Source of the DNA: an uncultured Nioella sp.
GTDB lineage: Bacteria > Pseudomonadota > Alphaproteobacteria > Rhodobacterales > Rhodobacteraceae
Direction of reading: 5' to 3'
Assembly (NCBI GenBank): GCA_947495575.1
Contig: CANLZL010000007.1
Coordinates: 151,920-215,919, forward strand
DNA: 64,000 nucleotides
The notes beneath the pieces were generated by a model. It was not told where the DNA came from. It saw nothing but the letters and a program-made list of their open reading frames with translations, and made no database searches. A program made the position numbers and the translations under genes. Shown here one piece after another: positions 28,411-38,014 of this stretch. The first letter of the stretch is position 1, and every line of letters starts with the position of its first letter.

Positions 28411-29100
28411 TTGGCAGAGGTTAGTACGGTAACATTGAACGGGATCACGTTGCAGGTGCCCGCCCATGTTCGCACGCCGGGGCTGATGAATCGCCTGTCA
28501 GGCGGCAGCTATGAAAACACAGAGGCCAAGGCGGCCGAGGCGCGCGTGAAACCGGGGTTTCGCGTGTTGGAACTGGGCGCGGGGCTGGGCTATGTGAGCT
28601 CGATCTGTGCGCGGCTGGCAGGGGCTGAGAATGTCGTCAGCGTCGAAGCCAATCCCTTCATGGCGCCGATTGTGCGCGCCAATCTGGATCGCAATGGGCA
28701 TGACGCGGCCACTGTTTTGCACGGTGCAGTGGTGCCCGGTGCGGGTGGAGGCGAGATTTCATTTCAGGCCAACGCGGCCTTTCTGGGTGGCAGCATTGCG
28801 CGCAAAACTTCTAAAGAGGAGGAAGTGGTCAATGTGCCCCGGATCGGCCTTCGGCAATTATTGCGCGATTATCACCCAAATGTGGTGATGATGGATATCG
28901 AAGGGGCCGAGGCCAATTTGTTTGATCATCCGTGGAACGCACAACTGCGGTTCCTGATCGTCGAGTTGCACCCACCCCGCTATGGCACAAAGGCAATCAA
29001 GCGGATTGTCGATTGCATGTCGGAAACCGGTCTGACCTATGACCCCGTCACATCTTCGGGTCGTATTCTGGGGTTCCGACGTGTCTGGGGAGAGGAGTAA
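28411..29100 (+). CDS. FkbM-family methyltransferase
   Basis: 229 aa. VLELGAGLGYVSSICARLAG is SAM motif I, and VVMMDIEGAEANLF is typical of the FkbM family. Confidence 0.8.
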   Translation: MAEVSTVTLNGITLQVPAHVRTPGLMNRLSGGSYENTEAKAAEARVKPGFRVLELGAGLGYVSSICARLAGAENVVSVEANPFMAPIVRANLDRNGHDAATVLHGAVVPGAGGGEISFQANAAFLGGSIARKTSKEEEVVNVPRIGLRQLLRDYHPNVVMMDIEGAEANLFDHPWNAQLRFLIVELHPPRYGTKAIKRIVDCMSETGLTYDPVTSSGRILGFRRVWGEE

Positions 29101-29176
29101 GGGCGCGCCGCAGGTTTGCGGAAACCAGCCCGCAGGTTGCCATCTTTCAGGTTTTCAGATCAGCCGGCGGCCTAGC

Positions 29177-29199
29177 GAGCCTGTCCATAAGACAGGCTC
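29177..29199. terminator. perfect 9-bp hairpin between convergent genes
   Basis: GAGCCTGTC-CATAA-GACAGGCTC. There is no clean U-run; a CT-rich tract follows. Confidence 0.5.
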
Positions 29200-29222
29200 T
29201 GGATCTCTCTCTCTTAATCCTA

Positions 29223-29555
29223 TTATTGGAAGTAAATATTTCCGATCTCGCAGATATTCACATTGTTTCGCACCAGCACGTCCCCATCACTAAATTCCGC
29301 GCGTAAATCAAAGTTACAATAGCCTGTGCCATCATCAAAGTTGATGTTTATCGATCGCCCCGTCGGAAATATTGCAGAGCCAAGGATGTCCTCTTCCCAG
29401 CTATTTGTGCCAACATGTGAGCCGCGAAAGGTGATGATGTCAAAGCCGGTGTCATTGTGGATCCTGACCCATCGGTTTTCTTGTGCCGATGCACCTTGAG
29501 CCAGCACCAGGGCAAGACCTAAGCCTGCCAATGCCATGAAACCTCTGCGTATCAT
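29223..29555 (-). CDS. small secreted protein, unknown function (AT-richer gene)
   Basis: I chose the internal ATG at 29555, after GGAAGGA. Signal peptide MIRRGFMALAGLGLALVLAQGASA, and two Cys in the mature part. The longer ORF-track version would run into rplY. Confidence 0.6.
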   Translation of the reverse strand: MIRRGFMALAGLGLALVLAQGASAQENRWVRIHNDTGFDIITFRGSHVGTNSWEEDILGSAIFPTGRSININFDDGTGYCNFDLRAEFSDGDVLVRNNVNICEIGNIYFQ

Positions 29556-29698
29556 CCGATATCCTTCCAAATGGGTTAAGGGGTGGACGCTGACAGGTCG
29601 GGTCGCGTTAGTCAAAACAATTCGCCGATTGGAATTGGACGCATAACATGGCCCCGCGGCCCATGGACGCCGCGCCGGCCACGATGCTTTGCCCCAAG

Positions 29699-29737
29699 AA
29701 AAAAACCCCGCGATGACAGTGTGCCACGCGGGGTTTT
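29699..29737 (-). terminator. rho-independent terminator of rplY
   Basis: CCCCGCG (29706-29712), loop, CGCGGGG (29727-29733). It is flanked by an A-run and a T-run; on the minus strand a long U-run follows the hairpin. Confidence 0.65.
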
Positions 29738-29766
29738 GAATGTTTTGGCAAAGCCTAAGGCAGGGA

Positions 29767-30429
29767 TTACTCCTCTGCTGCGGCTTCCTCTTCGCCTTCT
29801 GCGGCTTCGACGGCTTCGCCTTCGGCTGCATCGTCCTCATCATCGCTGGCACCGCCAAGCGCGGATGGCGCTGCGACATTGCCGATAACAAAGTCACGGT
29901 CGATGGTTGGGTGTGCGCCCTCAGGCAGATCGATCGACGAAATGGTGATGGTGTCACCGATTTCGAGGCCCGTCATGTCCACGGTCAGCTTCTCTGGAAT
30001 ATCGCCCGCGGTTACGCGCAGCTCTACCTCGGAGCGAACGATGGTCAGAACGCCACCTTTCTTGATGCCGGGGGATTCTTCCTCGTTGATGAACTCAACC
30101 GGAATGAACAGGTTCACACGGCTGGTGCGCTTGAGGCGCATGAAATCAACATGGGTCGGCAGATCTTTGACAACGTCGCGTTGAACGCCACGGCAGATCA
30201 CACGAACATCTTCTTCGCCTTCAACCTGCAGGTTGAACAGGGTCGACATGAAACGGCCTTTCTTCAGGCGCTTCAGCAGTTCGTTGAAAGGGATCTGAAT
30301 GGAAATGGGATCGGACCCACCGCCATATACAACTCCGGGCACTTTGCCTTCACGGCGTGCTTGACGAGCGGCCCCCTTGCCTGTCCCCGTCCGTGCCTCA
30401 GCTACGAGATTTGGAACCTCACCAGCCAT
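29767..30429 (-). CDS. rplY: 50S ribosomal protein L25 / general stress protein Ctc
   Basis: 220 aa. [25 protein letters not shown] and an acidic C-terminal tail. Confidence 0.95.
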   Translation of the reverse strand: MAGEVPNLVAEARTGTGKGAARQARREGKVPGVVYGGGSDPISIQIPFNELLKRLKKGRFMSTLFNLQVEGEEDVRVICRGVQRDVVKDLPTHVDFMRLKRTSRVNLFIPVEFINEEESPGIKKGGVLTIVRSEVELRVTAGDIPEKLTVDMTGLEIGDTITISSIDLPEGAHPTIDRDFVIGNVAAPSALGGASDDEDDAAEGEAVEAAEGEEEAAAEE

Positions 30430-30596
30430 TGCTATTCTCCATAATGTAAAGGGGCGGCCTCCAAGGGTGCCGCCCGGTTGAAGCCCGGCCTATAGGACAA
30501 AATGGGAAAGAGGGAAAGAGCGAATCTTTGCTAGGCGCTGAAACAATCCAACTTTGAGAGTTGCTTTGGAAATCACATCGTGACAAGCGCGAAATC

Positions 30597-31751
30597 ATGT
30601 CTTTGTTGCGCGCCATATCCCTGTCTCGTCGCCATTTGCCCGCCTTTGCGGCGCAAGGGTTCTTTTGGGGGGCTTTCGCGGCCTATGTTCCGCAGATCAA
30701 AGCGCATATCGGCGCGTCAGATGGGGCGTTTGGCTTGGCCCTGCTGGTGTCGGCCATTGGTGCGGTTAGTGCGATGCTGGTGGCGCCCTGGGTTTCGGCC
30801 CGCACGGGGAGATATGCGATTGCAGTTGCGGCCATTGCGTTTGCGCTGAGTTTTCAGGCCCCGCTTTGGGTGGCCTCCGTCGTTCCCTTTGCGGCCTTGA
30901 TGCTGTTTGCCGGGGCTGGGTCCGGCTGCCTGGACGTCATCATGAATGCGCGTCTGACAGTTGAAGAGGCGCGGCATAAGACCAGTCTGATGAACCTTAA
31001 CCACGCGGCGTTTTCCTTTGCCTATGCGTTTAGTGCCATTACGGCCGGATTGGTGCGGGAAGCCGGGGTGTACCCTGGCTGGGTTTTCGCTTTTTGGGGC
31101 GTAGTTGTTATTTCCTCATCCCTGATGATGATCGCCCCCCGGGTTGTGGAGGACGAGGGTGCTGCCACAGTCGCGCCGGCGCGCATGGGATCCCTGATCA
31201 TCCTGGGCGGTTTGATCACTTTAATCGGGTTCCTGTCGGAAAACGCCACTGAGGGCTGGTCGGCGCTACATATCGAGCGCACGCTTGGCGGTGGAGCGGC
31301 GGAAGGCGCATTGGGACCAGCGATGCTGGGCCTGACAATGGGATTTGGACGGTTGAGCGGCCAGTTGATCATGGGACGTCTGTCCGAGATCAAAGTATTG
31401 ATCGGCAGCGCGATCGTGTCTGGCACTGGTGCGTTTGTCGCTGCGACCGCGCCTGCGCCGGGCATGGCCTATTTGGGCTTTGCCCTGCTGGGTCTTGGCG
31501 TGGCGGTGATCGCGCCAATGATGCTGGCGCTGGCTGGACAAATGGCGGACCCTGCCCGGCGCGAAGTGGTCATCAGCAGGGTCACGGTCTTGGGCTATTT
31601 CGGGTTTTTTATCGGCCCACCGTTGATGGGATTTGTGTCCCAAGGCTTCGGACTGCGGGCCTCATTCTCGATGGTCGGTATCTTGCTTTGGCTGGTGCCG
31701 GTTCTGGTGATCGCGTTGCAGAGCAATCATCAAAAAAGGGCTGCGCCTTAA
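30597..31751 (+). CDS. MFS transporter
   Basis: I chose the internal ATG at 30597. About 12 hydrophobic segments with MFS-like loops. Confidence 0.85.
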   Translation: MSLLRAISLSRRHLPAFAAQGFFWGAFAAYVPQIKAHIGASDGAFGLALLVSAIGAVSAMLVAPWVSARTGRYAIAVAAIAFALSFQAPLWVASVVPFAALMLFAGAGSGCLDVIMNARLTVEEARHKTSLMNLNHAAFSFAYAFSAITAGLVREAGVYPGWVFAFWGVVVISSSLMMIAPRVVEDEGAATVAPARMGSLIILGGLITLIGFLSENATEGWSALHIERTLGGGAAEGALGPAMLGLTMGFGRLSGQLIMGRLSEIKVLIGSAIVSGTGAFVAATAPAPGMAYLGFALLGLGVAVIAPMMLALAGQMADPARREVVISRVTVLGYFGFFIGPPLMGFVSQGFGLRASFSMVGILLWLVPVLVIALQSNHQKRAAP

Positions 31752-31791
31752 ATAATGACGCAGCCGTCGGAACATTTGGGATGATCCAACC

Positions 31792-31998
31792 CTAGAGGAT
31801 CATGTCGAAGCTTTCCATGAACTGGAACTCATCGGGATCCATTTCTGCCACTGGTTCGGGAGCGGTCTCGCGGGTTTCGCCGCGACCGTTGCCGATTTCC
31901 TTGAAAAGGTTTTGCGAGACGATCTCGATCGCGTCGTCAAATTTGCTGTCTTCTTCAAATTCGGTAAATTTAAAACCGAGGAGTGCGTCTTCAGCCAT
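31792..31998 (-). CDS. very acidic 68-aa protein, unknown function
   Basis: AGGAGA lies 5 nt upstream of the ATG. MAEDALLGFKFTEFEEDSKFDDAIEIVSQNLFKEIGNGRGETRETAPEPVAEMDPDEFQFMESFDMIL has 19 Asp/Glu against 5 Lys/Arg, 8 Phe, and no Cys, Tyr, Trp or His. Confidence 0.6.
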   Translation of the reverse strand: MAEDALLGFKFTEFEEDSKFDDAIEIVSQNLFKEIGNGRGETRETAPEPVAEMDPDEFQFMESFDMIL

Positions 31999-32151
31999 AG
32001 TATTCTCCTAATCTCTTCTAAAATGGGTTTGGCCTGAAATAGGTGTTGGCCATATGAATTCTTGAATTGCTCAGGCGGCGCCTGCCGCAATGTCCATAGG
32101 TCGGGCGATGGCGCGGAAACGTTCAAAAGTTTTTCGATGGTAATTGTGGGG

Positions 32152-33036
32152 TCAGCCTTGCCAACTCGCGGGAACTCTGTCGCCGAAACGCTCTCGGCAG
32201 AACGCGTATTGTGGTGCCAAAAGCGCCTTGGCGTCGGTTAGCGCCTCGGCCGAAATGGGCGTTTTCACCTTGGTTTCATTATGCGTTTTGCCTGCGTCGC
32301 CCGGGCTATAGAGTGCGTTTGCGTGATCGCAAAGCTGTCGTAGGCTGGCCTCTGAAAACAGGTCCTCGTAAAAGAGGTACAGGACATCTTCGGCGTCAAA
32401 GTTTTTGTCGAGGTCGCTGACGATGCCACAATAATCTGCCCGTGCGCATATGCTGGGTGAGGCAAAAGCCTTGGCCCAATTGTCCAGAAAATCTGATTGC
32501 GAACTGGTCTGCGCCATATGCCTGAGCTGCGACCACATCCGATCCACGGGATCGCGCATGATGAAGAGTAGTTTCAGCGTGACATTTTGAGAGGCGCAGA
32601 ACTCCCTCAGATACTCGAACCCGGTGGGGCCCAGCACGGAATAGGCCGGCGTGATATCGCAAAAGGTGCGAGTGTCAGCTTCGACAAGACGTGCGAAATG
32701 GGCGAAATAGGCGTTGTCGTCATAAATCATTTGTGCGCGGTCTAGGCTGGCTTGAAACGTCTCGCGTCGCCGTAAATTATCGGCTGTGTCTCCTTTCTGT
32801 TCCAGGTGAAACTTCAGCCGGTTGAGGGCCATGCCATCCATATCCCCAAGCGCATGAGAGGGGTATTTAGTGTTGAAAAAATGTAGCTCTTTCAGCGGAG
32901 AAACAACGACGTCGGGCAGGCCACTTAGATAGTCATGGGTCCAGCTTGTGGCGGATTTCATGGCACCGACACAGATAAGGAATGTCTTGCCGTCAAGCTC
33001 GCCATAAGTGCGTAGATGGTGCAAGTCGAAATACAT
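32152..33036 (-). CDS. sulfotransferase-family protein
   Basis: I chose the internal ATG at 33036. PAPS 5'-phosphosulfate-binding-like loop VGAMKSATSW, and a later motif IMRDPVDRMWSQLRH typical of NodH/heparan-type sulfotransferases. Confidence 0.75.
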   Translation of the reverse strand: MYFDLHHLRTYGELDGKTFLICVGAMKSATSWTHDYLSGLPDVVVSPLKELHFFNTKYPSHALGDMDGMALNRLKFHLEQKGDTADNLRRRETFQASLDRAQMIYDDNAYFAHFARLVEADTRTFCDITPAYSVLGPTGFEYLREFCASQNVTLKLLFIMRDPVDRMWSQLRHMAQTSSQSDFLDNWAKAFASPSICARADYCGIVSDLDKNFDAEDVLYLFYEDLFSEASLRQLCDHANALYSPGDAGKTHNETKVKTPISAEALTDAKALLAPQYAFCRERFGDRVPASWQG

Positions 33037-33098
33037 TGGGGCGGCCCTTTCGGTGCCAAACCTGCCACGGCGATCCCATGCACTCAAGCAAAACGGGA

Positions 33099-33608
33099 TT
33101 ATTCTAAGACTTCGCCCGGATCGACGCCCCAGATAGCCTCCATCGGAACCCATCCGCGATGCCCGCCGACATTCAGGTGGCACCATGCGCCGTTGCATTC
33201 GTCGATAAATGCTATGACGCCCAGTTCGGCTTGAGCGCTAACTGGCGCGGCAGGGTCCGGGCGCCGGCGTAGCTCAACCATGTCGACCTCGATAATCGCA
33301 GTGCGCACACCTGACAGTAGCGAATAGTGCATCCAGCCGCCCGCGCCATCACGATCAACCACGCGGCGCCAATGACCGTGTTCCGCCACGATCTGCATTG
33401 GCATATTGCGGCGCTGAAAGACCCAGTCAATCCGGTGGCTACGTGACGGGCCCCGTCGCGCATAGGCCTCTGACGCTTTTATCGAGACATAGCGAGGCAA
33501 GGGGAAACCGGTGACCGGCCCTACGTCCTGCGCCATAGAAATCGTCGCCGCCATCACAAGGGAGGCCGCCATGATCAAGCTTGTCATGCGTCTGGTCAGT
33601 GCTGTCAC
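33099..33608 (-). CDS. bacterial SH3-like domain protein (DUF1058 type), secreted
   Basis: A signal peptide followed by two SH3b-like repeats (LPRYVSIKASEAYARRGPS...WRRVVDRDGAGGWMH; ...CNGAWCHLNVGGHRGWV). Confidence 0.8.
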   Translation of the reverse strand: MTALTRRMTSLIMAASLVMAATISMAQDVGPVTGFPLPRYVSIKASEAYARRGPSRSHRIDWVFQRRNMPMQIVAEHGHWRRVVDRDGAGGWMHYSLLSGVRTAIIEVDMVELRRRPDPAAPVSAQAELGVIAFIDECNGAWCHLNVGGHRGWVPMEAIWGVDPGEVLE

Positions 33609-33744
33609 TAGTCTTGCCTGTTGTCCCGATCCAATCGGGGCGCTTGGTGATTTTGTCGCTCTTTGGCGGGCGTCTCTTGCGCCCTTGCCTCGGATGAGAG
33701 ACTGTCACGGGTAAGGCTGAAATGCCAGTAAAGGGAAGACGGGT

Positions 33745-34731
33745 ATGCCAGGTCAAAAGCTGAGTGTTGTTGTTACGCGACGGTTGCCAGAGGCAGTCGA
33801 AACGCGGATGTCTGAATTGTTCAATGTCGAGTTACGTGAGGAAGACCGCCCCATGAGCCGGTCTGAACTTGTGGCAGCAGTCCAGCGGGCCGACGTGCTG
33901 GTGCCGTCTGTGACAGATAGAATTGATGCAGGGTTGCTTGGCCAGGCTGGTGAAAAGCTGAAGCTGATTGCCAGTTATGGTGCGGGTGTCGACCATATTG
34001 ATGTGCACACGGCCCGCCAGCGCGGCATTCTTGTGTCCAATACCCCCGGGGCCGCGACAGAAGACACGGCCGATATGACGATGGCCTTGTTGCTGTCCGT
34101 CACGCGCCGCATCCCAGAGGGGTTGGCCGTGATGCAATCGGGCAAGTGGGATGGCTGGGCGCCAACCGCGATGATGGGCGGCCGTATTGGCGGGCGCCGC
34201 CTTGGCATCCTGGGCATGGGTCGGATCGGGCAAGCGGTGGCGCGTCGGGCTGCCGTGTTTGGCATGCAGGTGCATTACCACAATCGCCGGAGGCTGCATT
34301 CTGATATCGAGGAAGAGCTTGAGGCCACATATTGGGAAAGCCTCGACCAGATGCTGGCGCGGGTCGATATCCTGTCGGTCAACTGTCCTCACACGCCGTC
34401 GACGTTCCACCTGATCAATGCGCGCCGCCTAAAGCTGATGAAACCATCGGCTGTCATCGTGAATACGTCACGCGGCGAGGTGATTGACGAGAACGCGCTG
34501 ACACGAATGCTGCGATCTGGCGATATCGCGGGTGCGGGCTTGGATGTGTTCGAACATGGCAATGAGGTCAATCCGCGCCTGCGTGAGCTGAAAAACGTGG
34601 TTCTTCTGCCTCATATGGGATCGGCCACCGAAGAGGGGCGGGTCGAAATGGGTGAAAAAGTCATCATCAACATCAAGACCTTCGATGACGGACATCGGCC
34701 GCCGGATCTGGTTGTGCCGAATATGCTGTGA
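33745..34731 (+). CDS. D-isomer-specific 2-hydroxyacid dehydrogenase (glyoxylate/hydroxypyruvate reductase-like)
   Basis: NAD motif LGILGMGRIGQAVARRA and catalytic region NTSRGEVIDE...LDVFEHGNEV...LLPHMGSAT. Confidence 0.9.
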   Translation: MPGQKLSVVVTRRLPEAVETRMSELFNVELREEDRPMSRSELVAAVQRADVLVPSVTDRIDAGLLGQAGEKLKLIASYGAGVDHIDVHTARQRGILVSNTPGAATEDTADMTMALLLSVTRRIPEGLAVMQSGKWDGWAPTAMMGGRIGGRRLGILGMGRIGQAVARRAAVFGMQVHYHNRRRLHSDIEEELEATYWESLDQMLARVDILSVNCPHTPSTFHLINARRLKLMKPSAVIVNTSRGEVIDENALTRMLRSGDIAGAGLDVFEHGNEVNPRLRELKNVVLLPHMGSATEEGRVEMGEKVIINIKTFDDGHRPPDLVVPNML

Positions 34732-34783
34732 ACGGAAAGGGCCGGAAGAGTTTTCCGGAAATCTCTTTTGTGAGGCCGCGAAC

Positions 34784-35302
34784 ATGATCCGCAAGCTGAC
34801 CATTTTGCCTGTCTTGTTTGGTTTTTCTTGTGTGGTGGCAGGGCTCTACGGAGCCCTGCACAATCAGATCAGTTATTCCGTTGGCCCAGATTATTTCCAT
34901 AATCTGAAATTCCTGCAATTTCGGATTCCCGATGCGCTTTATGGCCGGGGCGGTGCTGCGCTTGTCGGGTGGAAGGCAAGTTGGTGGATGGGGTTGGTTC
35001 TGGGCCTGCCGATTGGAATTGTCTCTATGCTGATGCCAACTGGCGCGGCGCAGGTGCGCGCCTTCATTTGGGCAACCCTAATCGTTGTAATTACTGCACT
35101 GGCGCTTGGAAGCGGTTCATTACTCTTCCCCATGCCGGTGGAGAATTACGACCTTTTCGCAATTCCAGGTACGGTGAGTGATGAGGCAGGGTTTGTTGCC
35201 GCCGCCGTCATGCATTCACTGAGTTATTTGGGCGGGCTGATCGGCGGGGTCCTGGCGCTCATCCTCACGGCCTTTTGGGCGTGGCGCGCGCACCGCCGTT
35301 AG
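34784..35302 (+). CDS. hypothetical membrane protein
   Basis: I chose the internal ATG at 34784. Four to five hydrophobic segments. No family recognised. Confidence 0.55.
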   Translation: MIRKLTILPVLFGFSCVVAGLYGALHNQISYSVGPDYFHNLKFLQFRIPDALYGRGGAALVGWKASWWMGLVLGLPIGIVSMLMPTGAAQVRAFIWATLIVVITALALGSGSLLFPMPVENYDLFAIPGTVSDEAGFVAAAVMHSLSYLGGLIGGVLALILTAFWAWRAHRR

Positions 35303-35418
35303 ATCGGAGATTTCACGACACCTCAGGTCGGTTTTCGACTGGTTTTGGTCGGCTGGCCCTACCTGTTTTCTGCGCGATCCGCCAAAGTGTGGCCAACATC
35401 TACGCCCGGAGTCGCGCC

Positions 35419-37923
35419 ATGAAAACCCAAGTCAAAGCCCTCGTCATTGGCGGCGGTGCCATTGGCACCTCGATCGCCTATCACCTTGCCAAAGCGGGCT
35501 GGGATGACGTGATGCTGTTAGAGCGTGACGAGTTGACGTCCGGCTCAACCTGGCACGCCGCAGGGCTCTTGCCGCTGTTCAACATGAGTTATGCGACAAC
35601 CCATATCCACAAATACTCCGTCGATTTTTACAAGACACTGGAAGAGGAAACCGGGCTAAACGCCGGCTTTGCCGTGGTCGGCAACCTGCGGATGGCGCAG
35701 ACACAGGAGCGAATGGACGAGTATATGCTCTATGCCTCGACCGCCGAGACCTGCGACGTGCCCTATGAATGGCTGACGCCCGACCAGATCAAGCTACGCT
35801 GGCCGCTGATCCGAACCGAGGATCTGAAAGGCGCGCTTTATCACAACACCGACGGCTATATTAACCCCGCCGATGTGACCCAGGCCATGGCCAAGGGCGC
35901 ACGCCAGCGCGGCGTGATGATCGAGCGCAAATGGCAGGCGGATGCGTTTCACTGGACCGGCAGCCATTGGGAGGTGACCGCGACCAAGATGGTCGAAAAG
36001 GGCGGCAACCTGGTGCCGTCGGACGAGCAGATCGTGGTCACGGCCGAACATGTCGTGACAGCCAGCGGCAACCACGCACAGACCACCGCCAAAAAGCTTG
36101 GGATCAAGATCCCGGCCATTCCGGTGGAACACCAGTTCATCGTCATGGATCAGGATCCGTCGCTCGTACAGTTTCGGGCCGATGGCAATGTGGAGCATCC
36201 CGTGGTGCGCGATGCCGATGCCCAGTCTTATGTCCGCGAAGAACGTGGCGGCTGGATTCTGGGGGTCTATGAAAAGGGCGCGCCGGCCTGTTTCGAATAT
36301 GGCGTACCCGACAGTTTCCGTGCCGACCTGTTCCCGCTGGATCTGGAGCGGATCGAAGAACAATACATGGCGATGATCCACCGCATTCCGTCTTGCGAGG
36401 AAAGCGGGCTGAAGGATGATTTTAACGGGCCGATCTGTTACACGCCCGATGGCAACCCGCTGGTCGGGCCTGCACCCGGCCTGCGCAATATGTGGCTGGC
36501 CGAAGGGTTCTCTTTCGGGATCACCGCCGCCGGCGGCACCGGCTACTACCTGGCCCAGATGATGGTGAACGGCGAGGCGGAGATCGACATGGCCTCGCTC
36601 GACCCCAAACGCTATTCATCCAACTGGATGACGACCGAGTTCGCGGCACGCAAGAACGAGGAATGCTACGACCACGTTTACATCCTGCATCACCCAGATG
36701 AAGAGCGTCCGGCCTGCCGCCCGTTGCGGACCGCCCCGGCCTATGACCGGCAAAAGGCGCGCGGCGCGCAGTTCGGCTGGGTTAATGGTTGGGAGCGGCC
36801 CAATTATTTTGGCCCGCTCGATGCGCCCGATAATTTCGACCATGACAGCCGGTCTTTCCGCCGTGGGGCATGGTGGCAACATGCGGTCGACGAAGCCAAG
36901 GCGATTCGAGAAGGCGTCGGGCTGATTGATGCCACAGCCTTTACCAAACATGTCGTCAAAGGCCCCGGCGCCACCGCTTTTCTGGATTGGTTCACCTGCA
37001 ACAAGCTGCCGAAAGTGGGGCGGATCAACCTGACCTATGCGCTGACGGCGGCGGGCACCACTCGCACCGAATACACAATCGTGCGGATGAAAGAGCATGA
37101 ATATTACCTGGTCTCGGCCGGGGCCTGGACGGAATATGATGCCGATTTCATGCGCAAGGCCGCCGAGGATAAGGCCGAAGAGTTCGGCTATATTGAGATT
37201 CAGGATGTGACCACCCAATGGGGAGTCTTTGCTATTGCTGGCCCGAAATCCCGTGATGTTCTGAACGAGGTCATCAAGGATGCTGACCCGGCGACCGTGC
37301 TTTCAAACAAGCGCTTTCCGTGGCTCAGTGCCCGGCGGATCGAACTGGGCATGTGCCCGGTCAATGCCATTCGCGTAGCCTACACGGGTGAGCTCGGATG
37401 GGAGTTGCATCATCCGATCGAGATGCAGAATTACCTTTTCGATTTGCTGGAAGCTGCGGGTAAAAAACACGATATGAAACTGGTGGGCGCACGTGCTCAA
37501 AACTGGCTTAGGCAGGAAAAGAGCTATCGTGCATTTGGTACAGAGCTTGGCCGTGACGCAACCCCGGCCGAGGCCGACCTGCCACGCTTCATCGACCTGT
37601 CCAAGGATTTCCACGGTAAAGCGGAAATGGAAGCGATCGGTATCCGGTCGAAATGCGTGACCCTACTGATTGACGGACCGGAAGATGCAGACCCATGGGG
37701 CCGCGAGGCGCTCTATGATGGTGAAACGCGGGTCGGGCGCTTGACCTCGGGCGGCTATTCGGTGGCGTTCGAGAAATCCATCGGTATGGGTTATGTTCCG
37801 CCACATTTGGCCAAGGAGGGCCAGAAGCTAAAGGTCAGAATGTTCGACCAGCTCTGGGATGCCACGATAACCTGCGACAGCCCGTATGATCCAAAGAACG
37901 AAACCATCCGCAAGGACGGCTAG
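35419..37923 (+). CDS. FAD-dependent oxidoreductase fused to a GcvT-type aminomethyltransferase domain (dimethylglycine/sarcosine dehydrogenase family)
   Basis: I chose the internal ATG at 35419. VIGGGAIGTSIAYHLAK is a dinucleotide fold, and the C-terminal half has GcvT-like motifs (IRVAYTGELGWELH). Confidence 0.9.
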   Translation: MKTQVKALVIGGGAIGTSIAYHLAKAGWDDVMLLERDELTSGSTWHAAGLLPLFNMSYATTHIHKYSVDFYKTLEEETGLNAGFAVVGNLRMAQTQERMDEYMLYASTAETCDVPYEWLTPDQIKLRWPLIRTEDLKGALYHNTDGYINPADVTQAMAKGARQRGVMIERKWQADAFHWTGSHWEVTATKMVEKGGNLVPSDEQIVVTAEHVVTASGNHAQTTAKKLGIKIPAIPVEHQFIVMDQDPSLVQFRADGNVEHPVVRDADAQSYVREERGGWILGVYEKGAPACFEYGVPDSFRADLFPLDLERIEEQYMAMIHRIPSCEESGLKDDFNGPICYTPDGNPLVGPAPGLRNMWLAEGFSFGITAAGGTGYYLAQMMVNGEAEIDMASLDPKRYSSNWMTTEFAARKNEECYDHVYILHHPDEERPACRPLRTAPAYDRQKARGAQFGWVNGWERPNYFGPLDAPDNFDHDSRSFRRGAWWQHAVDEAKAIREGVGLIDATAFTKHVVKGPGATAFLDWFTCNKLPKVGRINLTYALTAAGTTRTEYTIVRMKEHEYYLVSAGAWTEYDADFMRKAAEDKAEEFGYIEIQDVTTQWGVFAIAGPKSRDVLNEVIKDADPATVLSNKRFPWLSARRIELGMCPVNAIRVAYTGELGWELHHPIEMQNYLFDLLEAAGKKHDMKLVGARAQNWLRQEKSYRAFGTELGRDATPAEADLPRFIDLSKDFHGKAEMEAIGIRSKCVTLLIDGPEDADPWGREALYDGETRVGRLTSGGYSVAFEKSIGMGYVPPHLAKEGQKLKVRMFDQLWDATITCDSPYDPKNETIRKDG

Positions 37924-37956
37924 CCGCTTCCTTTTTTTTGGAAACCACAGAGAAGG

Positions 37957-37978
37957 GCGGGGGGGAGGATCCCCCCGC
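37957..37978. terminator. GC hairpin between convergent genes
   Basis: GCGGGGGG-GAGGAT-CCCCCCGC (8-bp stem). A second palindrome ATGGCC-GTCA-GGCCAT follows. There is no clear U-run. Confidence 0.4.
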
Positions 37979-38014
37979 GGGGCGGATGGCCGTCAGGCCA
38001 TTCGACTCTCAGAG

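Noticed and set aside
29223-29957. Long N-terminal extensions in the ORF track. Examples are 29223-29957, 32152-33198, 25282-26274, 35275-37923, 38015-38758, 62820-63407 and 9570-10142.
   Set aside because: The extended versions overlap neighbouring genes or add implausible Arg/Pro-rich leaders. In each case an internal ATG with a Shine-Dalgarno, a signal peptide or a family-typical N-terminus gives a better model.
31792-33036. RaxX/RaxST-like tyrosine-sulfated peptide system
   Set aside because: The small protein contains no tyrosine at all, so the specific RaxX-type model cannot apply. The more general pairing is kept as a finding.
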